Shown: positions 1 to 8,504 of the stretch, piece by piece
Position numbering within the stretch: the first letter of the stretch is position 1
Layout of the letters: every line of letters begins with the position of its first letter
The notes under the pieces: model-generated
Database searches by the model: none
What the model saw: only the letters and a program-made list of their open reading frames with translations
Told to the model about the DNA's origin: nothing
Assembly: GCA_030019365.1 (NCBI GenBank)
Contig: JASEFA010000004.1
Location: 35,262 to 99,261, forward strand
Direction of reading: 5' to 3'
Source of the DNA: Bacillota bacterium
Lineage (GTDB): Bacteria; Bacillota; Sulfobacillia; JACIYH01
Length of the DNA: 64,000 bases
Translations under genes and position numbers: made by a program

Positions 1-288
1 GCGTGGGAGACGCTGGAGTGGCTCAGGAGCGCGATTAACGCCGCCTGGGAGAGGAGACACGAGCTGTCACCGGCCTGCCCGGACCGGCGGGCACCTGGCG
101 CCCTGGAGGTGTGGAGGCTGCTGCCGCGCACCAACTGCCGGCGGTGCGGGGAGCTTACCTGCATGGCGTTCGCCGCGAGGCTGGTCATGGGGGAGCAGCG
201 GCTCTCGGGCTGCCCCGCCCTGGGGGAGGCCGGGTACGCCTCCGCCCGGGAGGCCCTGGAGGAACTGGTGGGTGAGGGTGCGTGGTGA
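1..288 (+). CDS. 3' end of a gene (partial at window edge) encoding a putative Fe-S cluster domain protein (PF04060-like CxxCGxxxC motif)
   Basis: Frame-3 translation reads ...RLLPRTNCRRCGELTCMAFAARLVMGEQRLSGCPALGE... and ends at TGA 286-288. This is clearly paralogous to the LLPRSNCGRCGEPACLAFAAKVASGERGARDCPVL segment of ORF 10892..11842. The motif resembles the N-terminal 4Fe-4S domain of corrinoid Fe-S protein / RnfB-type proteins (established knowledge, not searched). Confidence 0.45.
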   Translation, partial: AWETLEWLRSAINAAWERRHELSPACPDRRAPGALEVWRLLPRTNCRRCGELTCMAFAARLVMGEQRLSGCPALGEAGYASAREALEELVGEGAW

Positions 289-1075
289 AGGGGCCCGGGG
301 GAGGAGGGCCGTGGGGACCATGCCGCGAGCCGGATCCCGGGGGGCGGGAGCCTGGCGCCGGGTCGAGGAGATGCTGGCCGGGGACGGACCGGTGGTCGTG
401 AGCCTGGCCCCCTCTTACGTGGCGGCGTTCGAGGCCTCTCCCGGGCAGGTGGTGGCGGCGCTGCGGTCGCTGGGTTTCCGGGTGGTGGAAGAGACCGCCT
501 CGGTGCTGGGGGAGATGATCAGGCGGCGGGAGGAGATGGCGCGGGAGGCGGTCCCGGTCCTTTCGGGTTCGTGCCCGGTGGTAAGGCGCCTGATCGCCGG
601 GGAGTTCCCGTGGCTGCTTCCCCGGGTCGAGCCGGCTTCCGCCATGGGGCTTCACCTCGCCCGGCTCAGGTACCGGTACCCGGGTGCGCGTGCGGTCTTC
701 CTGGGGCCGTGCGAGGCCAAGCGCCTGCTGCCCGAGCCCGTGCAGCCGGACGCGGTGCTCACCTTCCGGGAAGTGGCGTCCTGGTGGTACGCCAGGGGAA
801 TCGACCCCGGGCGGTGCGAGCCCTCGGTGCCCGACCGCACGGCGGACGCCCTGGCCCGTATCTCGGTGGCCGTGGTTCACGCAAGTGGGCTGGAGGAATG
901 CCGCCGGATGCTTTCCCGGGTCAGCGCCGGTCCCTGGGAGGGACTGCCCTACCTGGAGATCACCGCCTGCCCCGGCGGGTGCCTGAACGGGCCGGGGATG
1001 CCGCCGGCGGACGCAGGGGAGCGCCGGCAGAAGGCAGTGCAGTACGCCATGGAGGCGGAGTTGTGCCTCCGCTAA
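272..1075 (+). CDS. [FeFe]-hydrogenase large-subunit C-terminal (H-cluster-like) domain protein; more likely start is ATG at about 320
   Basis: ORF-track protein contains FLGPCEAKRLL (like the MPCxxKxxE L2 motif) and EITACPGGCLNGPGMP (like the ExMACxGGCxxGGGQP L3 motif), plus a degenerate L1 (SGSCPVV). It overlaps the upstream Fe-S-domain gene by 17 nt in another frame, so the two may be one gene broken by a frameshift. Confidence 0.55.
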   Translation: MRVRGEGARGRRAVGTMPRAGSRGAGAWRRVEEMLAGDGPVVVSLAPSYVAAFEASPGQVVAALRSLGFRVVEETASVLGEMIRRREEMAREAVPVLSGSCPVVRRLIAGEFPWLLPRVEPASAMGLHLARLRYRYPGARAVFLGPCEAKRLLPEPVQPDAVLTFREVASWWYARGIDPGRCEPSVPDRTADALARISVAVVHASGLEECRRMLSRVSAGPWEGLPYLEITACPGGCLNGPGMPPADAGERRQKAVQYAMEAELCLR

Positions 1076-1093
1076 GCCGGCGGGAGGTGTGAG

Positions 1094-1372
1094 GTGTTGG
1101 CGGTAGCAAGGCTCAATGTCGAGCTGGGAGGGGGCCTCGGGCGGCTGGTGGGCAAGGAGAGCGTGGAAGTGGAGCTGGACCTTCCCGCGCGCAGGGAGGA
1201 GGTGATCTCCGCCCTGGCGGAGCAGGTACCGGAGTTGTCGCGCCTGCTGGGCACGGGGGAAGCGGCGAGGTCCCTGGTGGCCGTGAGCGTGGGGGGCGTG
1301 GTGCTGCGCGAAGGGCAGGAGGTCGGCCCCGGGGACTCCGTGTCGGTGTTCATGGCCTTTGCCGGAGGGTGA
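1094..1372 (+). CDS. MoaD/ThiS-family small sulfur-carrier protein
   Basis: 92-aa protein ending ...VFMAFAGG followed directly by a stop. The C-terminal Gly-Gly is the hallmark of MoaD/ThiS beta-grasp carriers. Its stop overlaps the next gene by 4 nt. Confidence 0.55.
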   Translation: MLAVARLNVELGGGLGRLVGKESVEVELDLPARREEVISALAEQVPELSRLLGTGEAARSLVAVSVGGVVLREGQEVGPGDSVSVFMAFAGG

Positions 1373-1878
1373 GGGGGGAGAGCGTGATACCGGGAGTGCG
1401 CCTGGTGGTGGTGGGGGGCGTGGAGGTGGGCCTCATCGGCCTGGACGAGGCCTTCGCGGAGCTCGAGGCGGCCGGGATCGTTGACCCCGAGGGACGCAAG
1501 GCTTTCCTGCTCTCCCGCGTCAAGGAGAAGAACTACGTGCCTGGGCGCAGGGAGGTGGCCTACGCGGAGGCGCTGCTCGAGGAGTACCTGGTGTGGAAGG
1601 GGGAGCGGCCGCCGCGGAAGAGTGCGGTCCCCAAGGTGAAGGTGCTGGGGCCGGGATGCCCCAACTGCCAGGCGCTGGAGCGCCTGGTGCTGGACGTCCT
1701 GGGCGAGCTGGGGGTGGGGGTTGACTTCGAGCACGTGCGCGACCCGCGGGAGATAGGGCGGTTCGGGGTGTTCGCCTCGCCCGCGCTGGCGGTGGGGGAC
1801 CGCCTGCTCGTGTCGGGGCGGGTGCCGCGCCGGGAGGAACTGAAGAGGATGCTGCAGGAGGCCCTGGAGTCGCGCTGA
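1369..1878 (+). CDS. Two-domain protein with C-terminal thioredoxin-fold redox-active disulfide domain (CPNC; TM0996/MTH895-like); N-terminal domain unassigned
   Basis: C-terminal ~80 aa KVKVLGPGCPNCQALERLV...FASPALAVGDRLLVSGRVP aligns with the stand-alone thioredoxin-like ORF 6499..6735 (MKIEVLGPGCQKCQALLKNV...). Likely start is GTG ~1384 after GAGGGGGGAGAG. It is translationally coupled to the MoaD-like gene. Confidence 0.5.
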   Translation: MRGESVIPGVRLVVVGGVEVGLIGLDEAFAELEAAGIVDPEGRKAFLLSRVKEKNYVPGRREVAYAEALLEEYLVWKGERPPRKSAVPKVKVLGPGCPNCQALERLVLDVLGELGVGVDFEHVRDPREIGRFGVFASPALAVGDRLLVSGRVPRREELKRMLQEALESR

Positions 1879-2008
1879 GGGATCCTAACCCGGCACGTCC
1901 CGCAGCTACCGCGGCCCGGTACTGGCCTGTCTCTGGCGTCACACCTGACGGCGAAGGGTTCAGGGTACTACCGGCGCATCACCCGATGACACGGGCATCG
2001 GCAGAAGG

Positions 2009-2901
2009 TCAGCGCAGCGCCTCCAGCACCAGCCCGGTGGCCACCGCTACCAGGAAGACGGTGAGGGCGAAGGTCGCTACTGTTCTTTTCTTGAAGAGGG
2101 AACCCAGCAGGGCGAGCTCGGGGATGCTGGCCCCCGCCCCCCGATGAGCAGGGCGACCACAGCCCCCAGGCTCATGCCCTTGGAGGCGAGCACCGCCCCG
2201 ATGGGGATGATAGTCTCGGCGCGGATGTACATGGGGACTCCGAGAGCAGCCGCCACCAGTATGGCGAAGGGATTGTGCGGTCCGGCCAGCCTGACGACGA
2301 GCTCCTGGGGCACGAATCCGTAGATGAACGCTCCGACCGCAGCGCCGACGAGGAGGTAGGGGAGCACCTGGCGGAACAGGCTCAGCGCGAACGCCAGGGC
2401 GGCGGCCAGGGCGCCGGGGGCAGGGCGCGACCCGGTCCCCTGCTCGTCGTCCCTCACGACCCTCACCCGCTTGACGTCGGCGGCGAGCCCCGCACGTTCC
2501 CAGAGGCGGCCCGAGATTACGCTGAGGGGGAAGACGAGGGCGGTGTAGGCGGCCGCGGTGGCCGGGCCCAGAATGGTGGCCATCATGGTGAGGATGACCG
2601 GGTTGAGGAGGGGTGAGGCGATGAGGAAGGCGCTGGCGGCGCCGAAGGGGACGCCCGCCCCCAGCATGCCCGCCAGGATGGGGATGGTGGAGCAGGAGCA
2701 GAAAGGCGTGACGGCTCCGAACGCCGCCGTGAGCACCGTGGCCACCCAGGCGTTCCTCCTGCCCAGGACGCTCTGGACCCTCTCGGGGGGAAGGAAGTGT
2801 GTGACGAGGCCCACCAGGAAGGTGACGGCGAGGAACAGTACCACCAGTTCGCCGGTGATGACGAGAAACCACCGGCCTGCCGCTGCCAGCGTGGATGTCA
2901 T
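2009..2901 (-). CDS. DUF318/PF03773-family permease (ArsP-like, CSCSTIP motif) with an apparent frameshift near 2130 in a C/G homopolymer run
   Basis: ORF 2077..2901 carries the permease body (TPFCSCSTIPILAGML, multiple TM segments) but ends ...LIGGRGPASPSSPCWVPSSRKEQ. The overlapping frame (ORF 2009..2872) supplies a plausible hydrophobic C-terminus ...ASIPELALLGSLFKKRTVATFALTVFLVAVATGLVLEALR. The switch falls in ctggcccccgccccccgatgag (~2125-2146). It is a paralog of ORF 6818..7999. Confidence 0.6.
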
Positions 2902-2928
2902 TTGTCGGGGCCCCCCGTCAGCGGAGTC

Positions 2929-3114
2929 TCAGCTGTCCTTCTCCTTCGGGTCGTCGGCCTGTCCGGCGCGCCCGGCGCCGGAGTCCTTCTGCTCCTTTGG
3001 CGCCTCCTCGGGTTCCTCGACGATGCGGACTCCGCAGCAGCAGGACCCGCCGCCGCCCAGGAGGCGCCGCCACAATCCTTGGTTACCCTTTGACTTCCCG
3101 GGCAAATCCGGCAT
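2929..3114 (-). CDS. Small Gly/Cys-rich protein with consecutive CCC triplet (GGGGSCCCG), unknown function
   Basis: 61-aa ORF with an excellent RBS (GGAGGTG, 7 nt, ATG). Its stop lies 26 nt before the permease start, and it sits exactly between padR and the permease on the same strand. It shares the Gly-flanked CCC motif with ORF 12410..12601. Confidence 0.45.
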   Translation of the reverse strand: MPDLPGKSKGNQGLWRRLLGGGGSCCCGVRIVEEPEEAPKEQKDSGAGRAGQADDPKEKDS

Positions 3115-3547
3115 CCACTTTCACCTCCACCGTCTCCCGTTCACCCTCGAGCGCCCGCTGCACGAGGGGTACCACCTCCGCCCAGGCCTGTGCCGCCGCC
3201 CGGTACGCCTGCTCCCCCCGCGGGGTGAGGCGGTACACCCGCCGCCGGCGCGCCCCGGTGAAGTCGGGCCGGCTTTCCAGGTAACCCTCCCGCTCCATCT
3301 CGTCCAGGAGGGGGTAGACCGTGGCCAGGGTGGGGGTGCAGCAACCGGAGGTCAGGGTGCTGAGCTCCCGTACCGCCGCGTAGGCGTGGCGGGGGGCGCG
3401 GTGGAGCACCATGAGGAGGAAGAACCGGGACAGGCCCAGGTTTATCTGGTGTTTCCAAAACTCCTTGCTGGTGAGCTCCGGCACCACAGCTTGCCCCCCG
3501 ATATATAGGTATCCTACGCATCCCTTATACCACCGGCGACAGGGCAT
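3083..3547 (-). CDS. PadR-family transcriptional regulator with Cys-containing N-terminal extension
   Basis: Winged-helix core ...LSRFFLLMVLHRAPRHAYAAVRELSTLTSGCCTPTLATVYPLLDEMEREGYLESRPDFTGARRRRVYRLTPRGEQ is typical PadR. The ~35-aa N-terminal extension MPCRRWYKGC... suggests the start may differ. Confidence 0.7.
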   Translation of the reverse strand: MPCRRWYKGCVGYLYIGGQAVVPELTSKEFWKHQINLGLSRFFLLMVLHRAPRHAYAAVRELSTLTSGCCTPTLATVYPLLDEMEREGYLESRPDFTGARRRRVYRLTPRGEQAYRAAAQAWAEVVPLVQRALEGERETVEVKVDAGFAREVKG

Positions 3548-3644
3548 GTCAAGGCGGCTGCACAGTAGATGTACAGTAGAGACCGTCGTTGAGAGTGCCT
3601 GCAGGGTGCCGGGCGGCGGGGTTCTGCATGACGGCCGACACCGG

Positions 3645-4334
3645 CTATGCTGACCAGGCGTAGTAAAGGCCGAAGCCGATGAGCACTAAGCCGGCCGCCT
3701 TTTCGAGCCATGAGGTCCAGCGGGAGATGAGGGGCACCTGTTTTAGGGCTGCGGTGAAGGTGGCGGCCAGTGTGAGGGGCGCGCCCCTGCCCAATCCGTA
3801 GGCGAATAGCAGGCCGGTACCGAAGGCCAGCTTGCCCTGGGCCATGACAAGGGTGAGGATGGCTAGCAGGACCGGCGTTGCGCACTGGGAGCCGGCCACG
3901 CCGAGCACGAGGCCGAGGAAGAAAGCTCCCGCGAGGCCGCCGGCGGGGAAGCGCCTGAGCGAGCGCAATCCGACCGACGGCAGGGACACCTGCACTAGGC
4001 CGGCGAGGTGCAGGCCGGCGAGGATGCTGACGGCAGCCGCCAGGTAGTAGAGGACGGTTCGGGAAAAGCCCAGCAGGCCGCCCAGGGTGGCTGCGGCAAC
4101 CCCCATCATGGTGAAAGTGACCGACGTGCCCAGGGTGAAGGAAACGCCCAGCCAGAACCCCTTCCACCCCGCCGCTTCGCGCTGCCCCGTGGTATACGCC
4201 ACGAGGAGAGGGATGATGGAGAGGTTGCATGGACCCAGGCTGGTGACGAGGCCGCCGAAGAACGCGAGGGCGAAAGCAACGGCCGCATGGCCGCCGGTGA
4301 GGTGGGCAAGGTGGCGGGCCAGGGTGGCCTCCAT
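3645..4334 (-). CDS. ccdA: Cytochrome c-type biogenesis protein CcdA (DsbD-like transmembrane thiol-disulfide transporter)
   Basis: Polytopic membrane protein with the two conserved Cys in TM helices (LGPCNLSIIPLL and GSQCATPVLL). It has the size and hydropathy of CcdA. Confidence 0.75.
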   Translation of the reverse strand: MEATLARHLAHLTGGHAAVAFALAFFGGLVTSLGPCNLSIIPLLVAYTTGQREAAGWKGFWLGVSFTLGTSVTFTMMGVAAATLGGLLGFSRTVLYYLAAAVSILAGLHLAGLVQVSLPSVGLRSLRRFPAGGLAGAFFLGLVLGVAGSQCATPVLLAILTLVMAQGKLAFGTGLLFAYGLGRGAPLTLAATFTAALKQVPLISRWTSWLEKAAGLVLIGFGLYYAWSA

Positions 4335-4706
4335 CTAGCTGCCTCCCGCGAGTCGGGTCAGGGCAGCGCGCATCTCTTCAACAGGTATGACGCCGACAGC
4401 CCTGGCTACCACCTGTCCGGATTTATCGAGCAGGAACGTGGTGGGAATGAACTGAACGCCGTACTGCCGGACCAGATCCTCCTCCGTGCGGTCTTCCACG
4501 TTGACGGAGACGAACGCCACCCTGCCCTCGAACTCCGGGCGCAGGCGGTCAAACACTGCCTCCATCTCCTTGCACGGCTCGCAGTTGGAAGAGTGGAAGA
4601 GCAGCCATACCGGGAGGCCGCGCTGCCTGGCTGCGGCGAGCGCCGCCCGGGACGGACTGGATGGGCTTTCGGTTTCGCCCCGGTGAGCCAGCTGTTTTCC
4701 CACCAC
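4335..4706 (-). CDS. Thioredoxin-fold thiol:disulfide oxidoreductase (TlpA/ResA-like), possibly membrane-anchored
   Basis: WLLFHSSNCEPCKEMEAVF... contains a CxxC active site. The frame stays open upstream through a hydrophobic stretch (LLVPLALLLALTAIVV) without an obvious canonical start, so the N-terminus is uncertain. It is immediately downstream of ccdA, a classic pair. Confidence 0.6.
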   Translation of the reverse strand: MVGKQLAHRGETESPSSPSRAALAAARQRGLPVWLLFHSSNCEPCKEMEAVFDRLRPEFEGRVAFVSVNVEDRTEEDLVRQYGVQFIPTTFLLDKSGQVVARAVGVIPVEEMRAALTRLAGGS

Positions 4707-4853
4707 GATGGCGGTTAGGGCGAGGAGAAGGGCGAGCGGGACGAGGAGGCGTCCCGCTCTTGACCTGGCGAAGCTGCTGCCCGGCAGGTGGCATCACCCC
4801 TCTTACTTGGAAGCGGCTTCCCGGTGATCCCGGTGGGCACCCGAGGTGGCGCC

Positions 4854-5999
4854 TCACGAGCGCCACGCCGGGGTGACGTCCGGGCGGTAGTAGCGGCGGT
4901 GGAACGCGAGGGCCACGTTGACCAGCGCCAGCATCACCGGGACCTCTATGAGGGGACCGATGACGGCGGCGAAGGCCTGGCCGGAGTTGAGCCCGAACAC
5001 CGCCACCGCCACCGCGATGGCCAGCTCGAAGTTGTTGCTGGCGGCGGTGAAGGAGAGGCTGGTCGTCTGCGGGTAGTTCACCCCGAGGCGCATGCTGAGG
5101 AAGAAAGACGCCAGGAACATGACGACGAAATAGACGATGAGGGGTATGGCTATCCTGACCACATCCAGGGGCAGCCTGACGATGTATCCGCCCTTGAGGG
5201 AGAACATGACCACGATGGTGAAGAGGAGGGCTATGAGGGCCAAGGGGCTAATGCGGGGGACGAACCGCTCCTCGTACCATTTCTCGCCCTTGAGGGGTGC
5301 GAGGATGGTCCTGGTGAGGAAGCCGGCCACGAAGGGGATGCCCAGGTAAATGGCAACGCTCTTCGCCACCTCGCCGATGGTGACGTGCACCACGGCACCT
5401 TTCAGTCCGAAGACGGTGGGGAGGATGGTAATGAACACGTAGCTATAGACCGAGTAGAAGAACACCTGGAAAAGGGAGTTGAATGCCACCAGGGCGGCGG
5501 CGTACTCGCTATCGCCCCGCGCCAGGGCGTTCCACACGATGACCATGGCGATGCAGCGGGCCAGGCCGATGAGGATGAGCCCCACCATGTATTCGGGGTA
5601 GTTGCGCAAAAAAGTGATGGCCAGGATGAACATCAGGATGGGGCCGATGATCCAGTTCTGGACGAGAGACAGGGCGAGCACCCGGGTGTTGCGGAACACC
5701 TTGCCCAGTTCACCGTACCTGACCTTGGCCAGGGGAGGGTACATCATGACGATGAGGCCGACGGCGATGGGGATAGAGGTGGTGCCGACTGACAGCCTGT
5801 CAAGCAGGTCAGCCACCCCGGGGAACACGTACCCCAACGCCACCCCGGCGGCCATGGCCAGGAGTATCCACAAGGTGAGCAGGCGGTCGAGCAGAGAGAG
5901 CCCGATGGTACGGTTCTCGGCCAACGGAGCTGCCACTCCTTTCCGAGTGTGCTTCTCCCGCCGGTCTGGCGGGCTATCACTCATTGAGCATATCTTCAT
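4854..5999 (-). CDS. acr3: ACR3-family arsenite efflux transporter
   Basis: [34 protein letters not shown] (conserved ACR3 Cys) and [20 protein letters not shown] are diagnostic ACR3 motifs. It has ~10 TM segments. The start is probably a few codons inside the ORF (MSDSPPD...). Confidence 0.85.
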   Translation of the reverse strand: MKICSMSDSPPDRREKHTRKGVAAPLAENRTIGLSLLDRLLTLWILLAMAAGVALGYVFPGVADLLDRLSVGTTSIPIAVGLIVMMYPPLAKVRYGELGKVFRNTRVLALSLVQNWIIGPILMFILAITFLRNYPEYMVGLILIGLARCIAMVIVWNALARGDSEYAAALVAFNSLFQVFFYSVYSYVFITILPTVFGLKGAVVHVTIGEVAKSVAIYLGIPFVAGFLTRTILAPLKGEKWYEERFVPRISPLALIALLFTIVVMFSLKGGYIVRLPLDVVRIAIPLIVYFVVMFLASFFLSMRLGVNYPQTTSLSFTAASNNFELAIAVAVAVFGLNSGQAFAAVIGPLIEVPVMLALVNVALAFHRRYYRPDVTPAWRS

Positions 6000-6008
6000 C
6001 CTCTTCCT

Positions 6009-6024
6009 GTGTCAAGTGCTTGAC
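6009..6024. promoter_or_regulatory. Near-perfect palindrome TGTCAAGTGCTTGACA in the acr3 / arsR divergent intergenic region; candidate ArsR/SmtB operator
   Basis: 7-bp inverted arms TGTCAAG / CTTGACA separated by 2 nt. It sits between divergently transcribed acr3 and arsR. Confidence 0.4.
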
Positions 6025-6046
6025 AGGTTCCTCTCAGTAGAGTATC

Positions 6047-6457
6047 TTGAAGCTAAGCATATATTCCAAGATGGTGGTGGCTTCTGTGACGGAGGGTTTA
6101 CTCGAGCAGATGGCGGCGGTGCTGAGAGCCCTGGGGCACCCGGCTAGGTTGCGGATCGTGGAGTTCCTGGTCGATGGCGACCTGTGCTCGGGGAGGGACT
6201 GCTCGGGGGAAAAGTGCGTCTGCGAGATCATCCCTGCCCTGGGCATGGAGCAATCGAGCGTGTCCAAGCACCTGGCCATCCTGCGGGACCGGGGTATCGT
6301 CAACTTCAGGCGGGAAGGGACGCGGACGTTTTACTCGCTTGCCGACCCCCGGGTGCTGGAGATACTCAGGCTGGCCCGGGAGGTGTGTATCGGCCACCTG
6401 AGCCGGGCGGAGAAGGTGCTTGCCGAGGCGCGGCGTGTTGACGGTAGCGGATTATGA
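6047..6457 (+). CDS. arsR: ArsR/SmtB-family metalloregulator (arsenite-type CVC site)
   Basis: LGHPARLRIVEFL...EKCVCEIIPALGMEQSSVSKHLAILRDRGIV is an ArsR helix-turn-helix with the ELCVCDL-type As(III)-binding CVC motif. Extra Cys are present (DLCSGRDCSG). A later start at ATG ~6070 is possible. Confidence 0.8.
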   Translation: MKLSIYSKMVVASVTEGLLEQMAAVLRALGHPARLRIVEFLVDGDLCSGRDCSGEKCVCEIIPALGMEQSSVSKHLAILRDRGIVNFRREGTRTFYSLADPRVLEILRLAREVCIGHLSRAEKVLAEARRVDGSGL

Positions 6458-6498
6458 TGATATATTCATAACGCTAATCAAGGACAGGAGGTGCGGCG

Positions 6499-6735
6499 GT
6501 GAAGATCGAGGTTCTGGGACCGGGCTGCCAGAAGTGCCAGGCGCTGCTGAAGAACGTGACGGAGGCCCTGGCCGAGAGCGGCCGGGAGGCGGAGGTCGTG
6601 AAGGTCGAGGACGTGTTCGAGATCATGCAGCGGGGCGTCAACCACACCCCGGCCATAATCATCGACGGCGAGCTGAAGCTCCAGGGCCGGGTGGCCACGG
6701 TGCGGGAGATCACAGGCTGGATTACAGGAAAGTAA
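6499..6735 (+). CDS. Small thioredoxin-family redox-active disulfide protein (TM0996/MTH895-like)
   Basis: 78 aa, MKIEVLGPGCQKCQALLKNV... has a CxxC active site. It starts at GTG after AGGAGGTG. This family is classically encoded beside DUF318 permeases. Confidence 0.7.
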   Translation: MKIEVLGPGCQKCQALLKNVTEALAESGREAEVVKVEDVFEIMQRGVNHTPAIIIDGELKLQGRVATVREITGWITGK

Positions 6736-6817
6736 GGAGGTAATGGCCACCTGCGGGTGGCCTTTTACCGGCCCGCGATTATGAACGGTTTCTCATAGGG
6801 GAAAGAGGGCGGAGATC

Positions 6818-7999
6818 GTGGCAGAGTTACGCAAGTTCTTCTGGCTGCTCGGGGCATTCCTTGCCGCCTACTTCGTGCCGTTCGGGCACCCGCGGGTGTC
6901 AGGGGCCATCCTGGAAGCCTTCCACATGCTGCAGGAGTACGCGCGCCAGCACGTGCTCCTGTGCCTGGTGCCGGCCCTGTTCATCGCCGGGGCGATCGCG
7001 AACTTCGTGTCGCAGGCTTCGGTGATCAAGTACTTCAGCGGGCAGGCCAAAAAGTGGCTTTCGTACTCGGTGGCCTCGGTCTCGGGGACCATCCTGGCGG
7101 TATGCTCGTGCACGGTGCTGCCCTTGTTTGCGGGGATATACCAGCGGGGGGCGGGGCTGGGTCCTGCCATAGCGTTCCTTTACTCGGGGCCGGCCATCAA
7201 CATCCTGGCCATCATCCTGACGGCCAGGGTGCTGGGGTGGAAGCTGGGGCTGGCGAGGGCGCTCGGTGCGGTGTTCTTTTCGGCGGTGATAGGGCTGATC
7301 ATGGCGTACATTTACCGCCACGAGGAGAAGCAGCGCACGGAGGCGGTGTCGCAGCGGGTAGCGGAAGCGATGAGGCAGAAAGAGGCCCGGAGCGGGGCGC
7401 AGAACCTTTTGTACTTCGCGGCCATGGTCGGTATCCTGGTGTTCGCCAACTGGGGGAAGCCGGCGCAGCCGGTGGGGTTCTGGAACGCGGTGTTCGAGGT
7501 CAAGTGGTACATTACGGGAGCGCTCTTGGTCCTCCTCGCCTATATGCTGGCCAGGTGGTTCCGCCGGGCCGAGCTTTCTTCCTGGGTGAGCGCCACCTGG
7601 GGTTTTGCCGGGCAGATCATACCGCTTCTTTTTGCGGGTGTGCTGGCCGCGGGGGTTCTCATGGGCCGGCCGGGCACGGATGCCGGGCTGATTCCGTCGC
7701 GGTGGATCGAGGCTGCGGTGGGCGGCAACTCCCTGCGGGCGAACCTGCTTGCTTCGGTGGCCGGGGCGCTGATGTACTTCGCCACGTTGACGGAGGTGCC
7801 CATCCTGCAGGGGCTGTTAGGGTCGGGGATGGGGCAGGGTCCCGCCCTGGCCTTGCTTCTGGCGGGCCCGGCTCTTAGCCTGCCCAACATGCTGGTGATC
7901 CGCAGCGTGATCGGCACGAAGAAGATGCTGACGTACGTGGGCCTGGTGGCGGTGATGGCCACGCTCACGGGGATGATCTTCGGGGCGATAGTGGGCTAG
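6818..7999 (+). CDS. DUF318/PF03773-family permease (ArsP-like)
   Basis: 393 aa, polytopic, with ILAVCSCTVLPLFAG (CSC motif) and GWKLGLARALGAV. It is a paralog of the permease at 2009..2901. Confidence 0.7.
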   Translation: MAELRKFFWLLGAFLAAYFVPFGHPRVSGAILEAFHMLQEYARQHVLLCLVPALFIAGAIANFVSQASVIKYFSGQAKKWLSYSVASVSGTILAVCSCTVLPLFAGIYQRGAGLGPAIAFLYSGPAINILAIILTARVLGWKLGLARALGAVFFSAVIGLIMAYIYRHEEKQRTEAVSQRVAEAMRQKEARSGAQNLLYFAAMVGILVFANWGKPAQPVGFWNAVFEVKWYITGALLVLLAYMLARWFRRAELSSWVSATWGFAGQIIPLLFAGVLAAGVLMGRPGTDAGLIPSRWIEAAVGGNSLRANLLASVAGALMYFATLTEVPILQGLLGSGMGQGPALALLLAGPALSLPNMLVIRSVIGTKKMLTYVGLVAVMATLTGMIFGAIVG

Positions 8000-8024
8000 C
8001 CCGGGTGAGCGGGAGGCGAGGCGG

Positions 8025-8504
8025 GTGGCGGAGATCGTGTACCTGGGCCTGGCCGGGGTGCTGCTTCTGGTTTCATGGAGGAAGGACCGGGGCACCACCC
8101 GGCGGGCACTGTCCATCACCCTGGCCACGTTCAAGAAGACCATGCCCTTCATCCTCCTCGTATTCGTGCTGATGGGCGTAGCTCAGGCTTACGTGCCACG
8201 TTCGGTCATCGCTGCCGTCCTGGGTGGTCACAGTGGACCCCTGGCCGTCCTCTACGGGGAGGCGGTGGGCTCGGTGGCCCTCATCCAGCCTTCTGCCGTT
8301 TTCCCCTTTGCCGGATATCTTCTGGCCAACGGGGCGAGCATAGGGGCCCTGGCGGGGTTCATCCTCACGGCCATACTGATCGGCGTCTCCACGCTGCCCA
8401 TCGAGGTGAGCATGCTGGGGTTGCGGTTCACGGTGGCGAGGAACGTGCTGACGTTTGTGGCGGTCTTCCTGGTGGCGCTGGCGATGGGGGCGATCCTGTC
8501 ATGA
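8025..8504 (+). CDS. Half-size permease-like membrane protein (split DUF318-type permease, first gene of pair)
   Basis: 159 aa, ~4-5 TM segments, ...MLGLRFTVARNVLTF... It is a paralog of ORF 12729..13208 and related to the C-terminal repeat of the fused permeases. Confidence 0.5.
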   Translation: MAEIVYLGLAGVLLLVSWRKDRGTTRRALSITLATFKKTMPFILLVFVLMGVAQAYVPRSVIAAVLGGHSGPLAVLYGEAVGSVALIQPSAVFPFAGYLLANGASIGALAGFILTAILIGVSTLPIEVSMLGLRFTVARNVLTFVAVFLVALAMGAILS

